This document shows, piece by piece, positions 56,743 through 64,000 of a stretch of 64,000 nucleotides of DNA (position 1 is the stretch's first letter; each line of letters opens with the position of its first letter). A model generated the notes under the pieces. The model was not told the origin of the DNA. It did not search any database and saw only the letters and a program-made list of their open reading frames with translations. A program made the translations under genes and the position numbers. The DNA comes from a virus (taxonomy: Duplodnaviria > Caudoviricetes): positions 111,155-175,154 of the IMG/VR virus record IMGVR_UViG_3300028048_000052. The stretch is one strand, 5' to 3'.

Positions 56743-59700
56743 CTAATTTGCGACTGTTAAAGTCAAATAATTTGTTCCAAAACTATTTAAAACACCAACG
56801 TTATAAGTGATATCATTAATGGTAATTTGTGTTAAAACCGCATTTGTTCCATTTAAAGCACTATAATTATTTTCCACTATTGTTTTTACAGCATTTTCAA
56901 AATTTGTAATATCACTAACAGCGTGATTATGTGAATTATTAGCTTTACTACTCAAAGCAGTATAAACACCTCCAGAAGTAATAAGATTAGTGCTATTATT
57001 TATTGGGATGGCATCTGCGCTTTTTCATATCGGTGCAGAATTTTCACCAGATGATGCTAAAAATTGACCCGATGTTCCTGCGCTTAATGCGCTAATTGCA
57101 TTCGTACCATGCCCTATAAGTAAACTATTGGGGCTAAGAGTTGTTGCACCCGTGCCGCCTCTACCAACCGGTAATATCCCGCTAGTGGCATTTAACGATA
57201 TTTCTAAATTACCATTATCAGTTATTTTAATTTCTTTACCTTTACCTAAAAATCCAGTTCCATCGCTAAATAAGCCATAAGTTTCATTATCATTTAAATA
57301 TCCAAGAATTCCACTTCTTTCGGTTGCGTTTTCGCCAGTGCCTTCAGCTGGTAAATCTCCTATAACAATACCGCTAAGTTGCCCAGAATCATTTGCGGTT
57401 GTAATGCTCATAATACTGGCAATAGTTTTATTTTTATTAGTACTTGTTTTAATTGGCTTATCTCCAGAAAGATTGTTAATAGCTGTATTACCATAACTAT
57501 TCAAAATTATTAAGATTGGCTGATACCATACTTCATCATTTTGTGTTGGTATTTTTATATAAAATTTATAATCTACCCCAATAGTAAATGAAGAAGTTGG
57601 AATCAAGTTGCCATTTTCTATTGTAGGAAAAAATTTTTCATTAGTTTGATCAAAAATTTTTCTAGTTATTTCATTTGATGAAATAGCAATATTTTGATTT
57701 TCAATATCTTTTAATGAATAAGCTATATTATAATATTCTGGTTTTACACCATTAGCATCATAAGCAATAGTGTCCGGGCCATCAACATACATAATATTCC
57801 TGTTTGTTCTAACTGGTAAAATATAATATTGCGTAATTGAATTAATACCAGTTTCTCCTTGTTTTGGCGTCGCAACACATTTTATAATGCCACCGATATA
57901 TTGATTTTCATTAATACTGCCTCAATCATTGTCTGATTTAATCGATGCAGATGCCCCATCGCTATCTAGGGATAATTTTTGTCCTTGGAAAAGCCATCTA
58001 TACTCAAAATCAAAATTATTTGTTTTTAATTCATCATTACTATTATAAACCATTGCTGTAAGTTTATATTCCGTTGTGGAATTAAAAGTTCAAGCATTTG
58101 GAGAATTATTTATTGTTTCATCACCATTATCATCAATATATTTTTCAAATGTTGGAATTATTGATAAAGCATAATCTGCCCCATTGGTGCCTTTTACGCC
58201 AAAAAATAATTCTATGGATGCTGTATATATTTGTCCATTTTTATAAATTACCGCTATAATGGTATTATTAGTTAAAGATCTTCTATAAAATTGTTTTATT
58301 TGATAAACCAAAGAAGCCGTTTTTAATCTATTTTGTTCATCAGTCCTATCTTCAACAATAACCCAAAAATTAGGTCTATCATTTAAAAATTGTTTTTCAT
58401 CATTTGTTATTTCATTAATATCGTCATACTCAACAACACTTTCATCACTGGTATTTTCTGGGCGAGCTTCTTGGTCTCTTAATAAAAGTCTTTCTTGCGT
58501 TTTTATATAATATTTTGTAGTTGCTGAATATTCAGCTTCTTCTTTTTTTACTAAATTATATTTTCCGCCACTAAGAACATATAAAACCCTTTTATCTTCT
58601 GAATTATTTTTTCATTGTTGGAATTCAGATTCAGTATATGGAACTAAAACATAATGTCCATCCCCAAATCCAACGCCCTCTGCTGGTTCTTTTATCATTG
58701 TATTTGCTTTTGGAATTAATCAATAAATACGTTCAGCCGCGTCAAAATCATCAGAGCCGGTTATAAACGAAGTAAAAGATGCTTCAATAGTTCTTTTTAT
58801 TAATGCATCACTAGGCTTAATCAATTCACTATTTGCGTTTTCTGTCGCTTTATAAATTGTATATATGCCTTTTTTATCATCAGTGGCTGTTAATTTTAAT
58901 CCTTGAATCAAATCAGCAATTTGGGACTCTTGCGTAACAGAGTTTGTAAAAACTAAAGCTGGTGAAACATAAAACGTTTCTAATCGAAATTTGTTTTGTT
59001 CAAAATTTTTCCAAGGATCTGTTTCATAGCTCGTATACTTTTTATATATATCTTTTTGTGCTAAATATTTTGCAATGTTAACAGAATTACCATCAATTTT
59101 AAGATTATTATTAAAATATTTTTTACTAATTAAAGTAACATAATTTCATAAAATTTCTACTCTTGTTGGTAAATTTGAGTTATAATCCCATTCTTCATCT
59201 CAAAATTCAGTGCCTATTAATTCTTGGAGGTAACCACCTGTGTATTCATCATTTTCATTTTTTACTCCAAAAATATCGTCTGAAGTATAAGTCGCATCTA
59301 CAAATAACTGAATTGCTGCCTTATCATCATTTGTATATTTAAAATTTTCTCCAATAGTAGAAGCTAATGCTTCTAATCTACTTGATACAGTATAAGCGTT
59401 ATCTTTTTTAAAAATGAATGCAACCTTAAATAATTCTTTTGATTTATTATCTAATTGAACCGTTTTTTGGAAATTGTCTATATCATAATATGGTTCATCG
59501 TTATTTCAATCTATTTCATGGTAGAAATCACCCGCTCTTTTATCTGAATAGCCAACGCTTAAATCTTGTTTATAAAATTTTATTTTAGGATATTCTTCAA
59601 GCGGATCAGTAACGTTAAGCCCATTAATTTCTCTATTTAATTCTTTAAAATTGTTAAAATTATTTATATATTTATAAGTGCCATTCTCTCTTCTATAAAC

Positions 59701-60675
59701 TAAACGAGGATGTAAAGTTCTTGTAAAATCGCTTTTATTTGTTGACACTATAAAAGTGGTTGGGGTTGACCATAACATTGCAGTCGTTCCAGAAATTTTA
59801 CTAGATGAGTAACCTAATTTTATGGTTAAATTATTTACAAAAATATTATGCGGTATAACTTTATCATTTAAAGTATATGGAAATTTTGTCGCCCCAGCAT
59901 AAAAATCACAGTTTTGATAAAAATAACAAGATATATCCTTTATATTACCTTGTTCTTCTGGATTAAAAGTAAAAACATAAGATTGGTCTAAAAAAGTTTC
60001 ATAGTTATACGGATTACCAATCATTTCACTACTATCAAAATCAAAACTAATTTCATTTTCCCCTATTTTCCCAGTATCATTAGAAAGCATTTCTTTATCA
60101 GTAGTTATAACAAAATGCAAACCAAAGGAGCCTTTTGTAGGATAATCCCCAATAGAAGAAAAAGTTTTAAAACTTGCCGTAATTGCTATTTTATCGAGCC
60201 CCTCAAAACCACCTCTATCTAAATCTGACTTGATAATTGAAAAGCCGTCATTTAAATATTTCTTTTGAGCGCTCGGGTTTTCATTTGTTTCTGGCTCATT
60301 TGCTGTAAGCCCAAATAAATCTTTTGCTGAATTTTCACAAATATCACCAGTCATATCGACAAAACCAAGTAATGGATTAACCCATATAAAGCTATCTGCA
60401 TCGTATCTTATATTTTTGCCAATAATCATTTTTGTATTTTCATAATCACCATTTGGGATTAAAACCCATACACTTTCACCAACAACATAATCTGTTTTTT
60501 CTGTAAAAGCTGTAAACTTTAATCCATTATTTGATACAATATATTTTCCTTTTGCTGCGTCGGTATCATCATCTATATTACAAAGAATCGTAATATCTTT
60601 ATTTAATGCTTGAAGGCGCTTGTCAATAATCGTATCAATAGCACCAAATAATTCTTCACTATATTTATTTGTCAT
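56743..60675 (-). CDS. Large tail protein with fibre-like C-terminus (1310 aa; 8 TGA=Trp)
   Basis: Five fragments in one frame with no TAA/TAG; AAGGAG RBS before ATG 60675; GILPVGRGGTGAT and HNHAVSDITNF fibre motifs. Confidence 0.72.
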
Positions 60676-60760
60676 CGCGCAGATCTCCTTTTTCACATAA
60701 ATTCTATTCTAATTTATTATCAAAAACAAGTGGGCAAAATTACCCAAACACACCCAATAT

Positions 60761-60793
60761 AAAAAAAGAAGGGTAGAAAATTCTACCCTTCTA
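60761..60793 (-). terminator. Intrinsic terminator after the tape measure gene
   Basis: AGAAGGGTAGAA-AA-TTCTACCCTTCT with an A run on +. Confidence 0.7.
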
Positions 60794-60795
60794 AT

Positions 60796-63700
60796 TTATT
60801 GTTTTCGTCCTGCGTATTGTCCCGCAAGTCCTATTAAATTATTAAATGCTTCTTCAATTTCGCTATGGTTAGTAGCGTTAGGGAATTCAGCATGAATGGT
60901 AACGTTTTGATCTAAATAATTACCGCCAGCATTAACTCCGCCCGCAATAAGATTACCTAAACCATTACCTGAAATATTAGCATTTGCCCCAATCATTTGA
61001 ACAAGGTCTCTTACAAACCCAACAGCTTGGAGCATATTAGCAGTATCTTGTTTATTAAGGACAAGCTCCTTTTCATGAAGAATTGCCTGTCTGCCTTCTG
61101 GACCCCAAGAGCCAGTATAACCGCCGGAGTCAAATTTAACGTCTATTGGCTTTGACGGCCCATTTGATTGAACAGTCTTTTTGTAGCCACAAGCTTCACA
61201 TCGATAATATACATAAGTACCATGAATTCCAGTTTGCACTCAAGCATGCCGTTCATTAGTACTTTTAGTTTGTGTGTTCCCTTTATTACTTACTCGCTTT
61301 CAATAAGTTGTATGCGTATCAGCTCCGCTTGCAACATAACCAGTTCTTTGCCAACTTCCTCATGTTTCTGGTGTAATTGGATTTCCGCTATCACCACCGG
61401 GACTACCACTATCTCCTCCCGGATTGCCTCCACCACCTCCACTGGGGCTACTGCCGCTACCTCCCGGATTAGAAGGAGTATTATCTTTAACTTTGGTATT
61501 ATTTAATTTACCATAAGCATCAATAATATCTAAAATTGTTTTTTGCCATTTTTTATTTTTATCAATAATTCCATCGATAAGTTTTGAAAGACCATCTTCG
61601 CCAGTAAACCAAGTTTTAAGATTATTAAGAATTTCAGTAAATTCTTCATCCATTTTATCTGATAAATCCTCGGCTTCTTCTTCTGCATCTTCCATTGCTT
61701 CGGTAATTTGACCAATTTCATTAGATACCTGATCAGCAAAATCTTCTATCGATTGTTTTGCTTCATTAAGAATTCTTTCTCTATTTTCATACCATTCCTC
61801 GTATGAAACAGTGAGTTCTTGGTCAGCGTTTAAAGCATTTTCTCTAAAGGCATCTAACATTTCATTTAACGAATTGAAATTACCCTCAATCGCTAAAGTT
61901 GTTTCACCAAAAGCATCAATTAAATTATGATTTTGAACGCCATATTCATCGGTAATCCAAGCGCCATCTTCAATTGCTTGATTAAGAAATTGCCCATAGA
62001 TTTCTTGTAATTCTTGTTGTCTTCCAAGCATACGCCGAGCTCTTTCTTCATCACTAATATCTAATCCAGATAAATAATTAGAATAATCACGCAAATTTTG
62101 CAAATATGAAGCTTGCATTTTTGCTACTTGATCTTGATTCCATTTTTCAAGCTCATATAATTTATCTTCATAATTTTGTTGAGCTTTATCCATCTCTTCT
62201 GGATTTTGAGTATAAGTATAGCTCCAGTTACCTTCATTATCACGGGTCATACGAACCATGTTTTTAGCATCTCTAGCTTCTTCCATAGCAATTCTTGCCT
62301 GTTCAAGTTCAAGACGTCTTTGTAAAAGTCCAACATCATACTCATTTAATTTAGTGCCTTCTCGTTGTGCTTTTAAGATATCTTCTTGTAATTTCTTTAA
62401 TCTTTCTTTACCTTTAATATTATTTGTATTATTTATAGAGTTGTTTACATCACGAGTTAATTTACTTAAATCATAAATTTGTTGATATGTAGGTAAATAT
62501 TGCTCATCTATTTTATTCTGCATATCAAAATATTCTTGTAAATTTTCTAAAGTTCCAGCAGTGCCAGAAACAGCTTGGCTGAAAGCATCCGCGATCATCT
62601 GCATTGAATCTTTAAAGTTATCCGCGGCGACTTTAAGAGCATTTTCTTCTCTTTCTAAATATTCATTTTGAGCTTCCAGAAGTGCATCGTAGTAATTATC
62701 CACTTGTTGTTTCATTAATTTTATATCTTCTTCGCTTGCATCTGGATTTAATAACATTGAGTTATATTCTGCGTTAAGTCGCTCATATTCCGCGGCGATT
62801 GTGTCGTATTGGCGCCTGCTGATGATTAGTTGCTTTTCAGCGGCGTCAAGAGATACTTTATTCATTTGCTTTAATAAAGCATCGCTAATGCCTAAAACAT
62901 CTTTACCAACAATATCAATAACATTGCGGTAGTGTTTCATTACATCGCCAAGTTCTTCAATAATATCTTTTTGGCGATCTATTTTATCATTAAACTCTTC
63001 TAAACTCTTTGTTAATTCTTCATAAGCTTCTTTGCGTAATTCTTCTAAAGTTTCTTCTAATTTTAATAACTCTGAACGGTAATCACGCAATTGCTGTTGT
63101 TCTTTATCTGTTAAATGGCCAATTTTCTCAAGCATTTCTTCAAGAGAAGTTTCACCATTTAAATAACTTTCTACTAAATCAGCTGTTAATTCCGGATGAT
63201 TTTCATTAGAAAGCATTTCAATAATACCATTTTGAATATTTGAAATTTGTTCAAGGGTATTACCAGCCTTTTGGCCCAATAAAGCAACGGTTTCACCGAT
63301 ATCATACATACTATCATCTAAACGCTTAATAAGATGATCAAGATATTCAGTGCCATCTTCAATTAATTCATTAAGATATTTTACTTTATAGGTGACTATT
63401 TCAAGACGCTCGTCATAGATTTTATTCAAAGCGTCCATACGACCTTTTTCAGCTTCATCAACTTTATCTAATGCAGTTTCATACTTTTTAATGGCATCTT
63501 CAAATTTCTTCCATCAATCATCATCAACAGATCCGCTATTATATTTGTCAACCCAAGAGTCATACCAAGATTCAAAATTCTTAATGGTACCATCATCATT
63601 AAATTTTGCGCCATAACCGAGCAATACTTTTTGGTCTTGAGCTAAATAGTTATTTGCTTCTTTCGCTAATCTTTCGTAATATTGAGCTTGTTGTTTAAGG

Positions 63701-63999
63701 AGTTCAATTTCCTCCTTCATGTAGTCAATACGACTTTGACCAAAAGCACGATCTTTTGATTTATTAAGTAAATCTAATGCAGCTTTGTTTTGCTTTAATT
63801 GAGCAGAAACCTCATGGTAACGTTGCGTATCTTTATCTTTGGTTTTCTTTTCAGAACCATGACCACCGCCACCGCCCTTATTGCCTTTACTGCCACCTTT
63901 ACTTGCACCATTAACGGCACCGCCTTTAATAAAATTAAAATTACCACCAGAAGTTTTTGTGGCAGAATCCATTTCAATAGCATAATGAGTTACCTTTTT
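60796..63999 (-). CDS. Tape measure protein, C-terminal part (5' partial; 4 TGA=Trp)
   Basis: Long coiled-coil; C-terminal FDSGGYTG.WG...AILHEKELVLN; fragments fuse via TGA 63514, 61360, 61300, 61240. Confidence 0.78.
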
Positions 64000-64000
64000 T

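Noticed and set aside
44277-64000. Tail genes as pseudogenes of a decaying prophage
   Set aside because: Every break is an in-frame TGA; no TAA/TAG or frameshift occurs in the gaps I read.
1-64000. TAG reassignment as the explanation for the dnaE and helicase stops
   Set aside because: TAG ends several genes normally (3912, 5326, 8825, 13672, 30682, 56743), and readthrough alone would not fix the frame.

Overview
AT-rich (~30% GC by eye) segment of a large tailed dsDNA phage. The host is probably a Firmicutes/Bacillota anaerobe (inference from strong AGGAGG RBSs, extended -10 sigma-A promoters and nrdD/nrdG). The + strand (1-31.35 kb) carries a replication and nucleotide-metabolism module: gyrA C-terminus, split ligA, thyX-like, Sak4-like ATPase, DnaB, DnaG, RecJ, RecD-like helicase, two NCS2 nucleobase permeases, DnaE, NrdD/G, dUTPase and RuvC-like resolvase. 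The - strand (31.4-64 kb) carries holin, baseplate/tail and tape-measure genes. The ORF track is fragmented because TGA is read as Trp. TGA sits at conserved Trp positions, and reading it through fuses the fragments into five long - strand ORFs (four complete at 1066-1517 aa, plus the partial tape measure) with no TAA/TAG. TGA use is strongly partitioned: it is absent from the core replisome genes but present in nucleases, homing endonucleases and most virion genes. Main discovery: at the strand switch lies a hidden UGA-decoding tRNA (anticodon UCA, Trp-type acceptor end, long variable arm) whose anticodon is split by a 210-nt group I intron, so self-splicing is needed to build the decoder for the recoded genes. 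Second discovery: dnaE and the RecD-like helicase are each interrupted in a catalytic motif by a short insert starting TAGGTAA and flanked by matched codons (TCC..TCC, GGT..GGT), which is the signature of programmed ribosomal bypassing. Two further group I introns (thyX-like, nrdD) carry TGA-containing homing endonucleases. All calls come from manual reading of the sequence; no database search was run.
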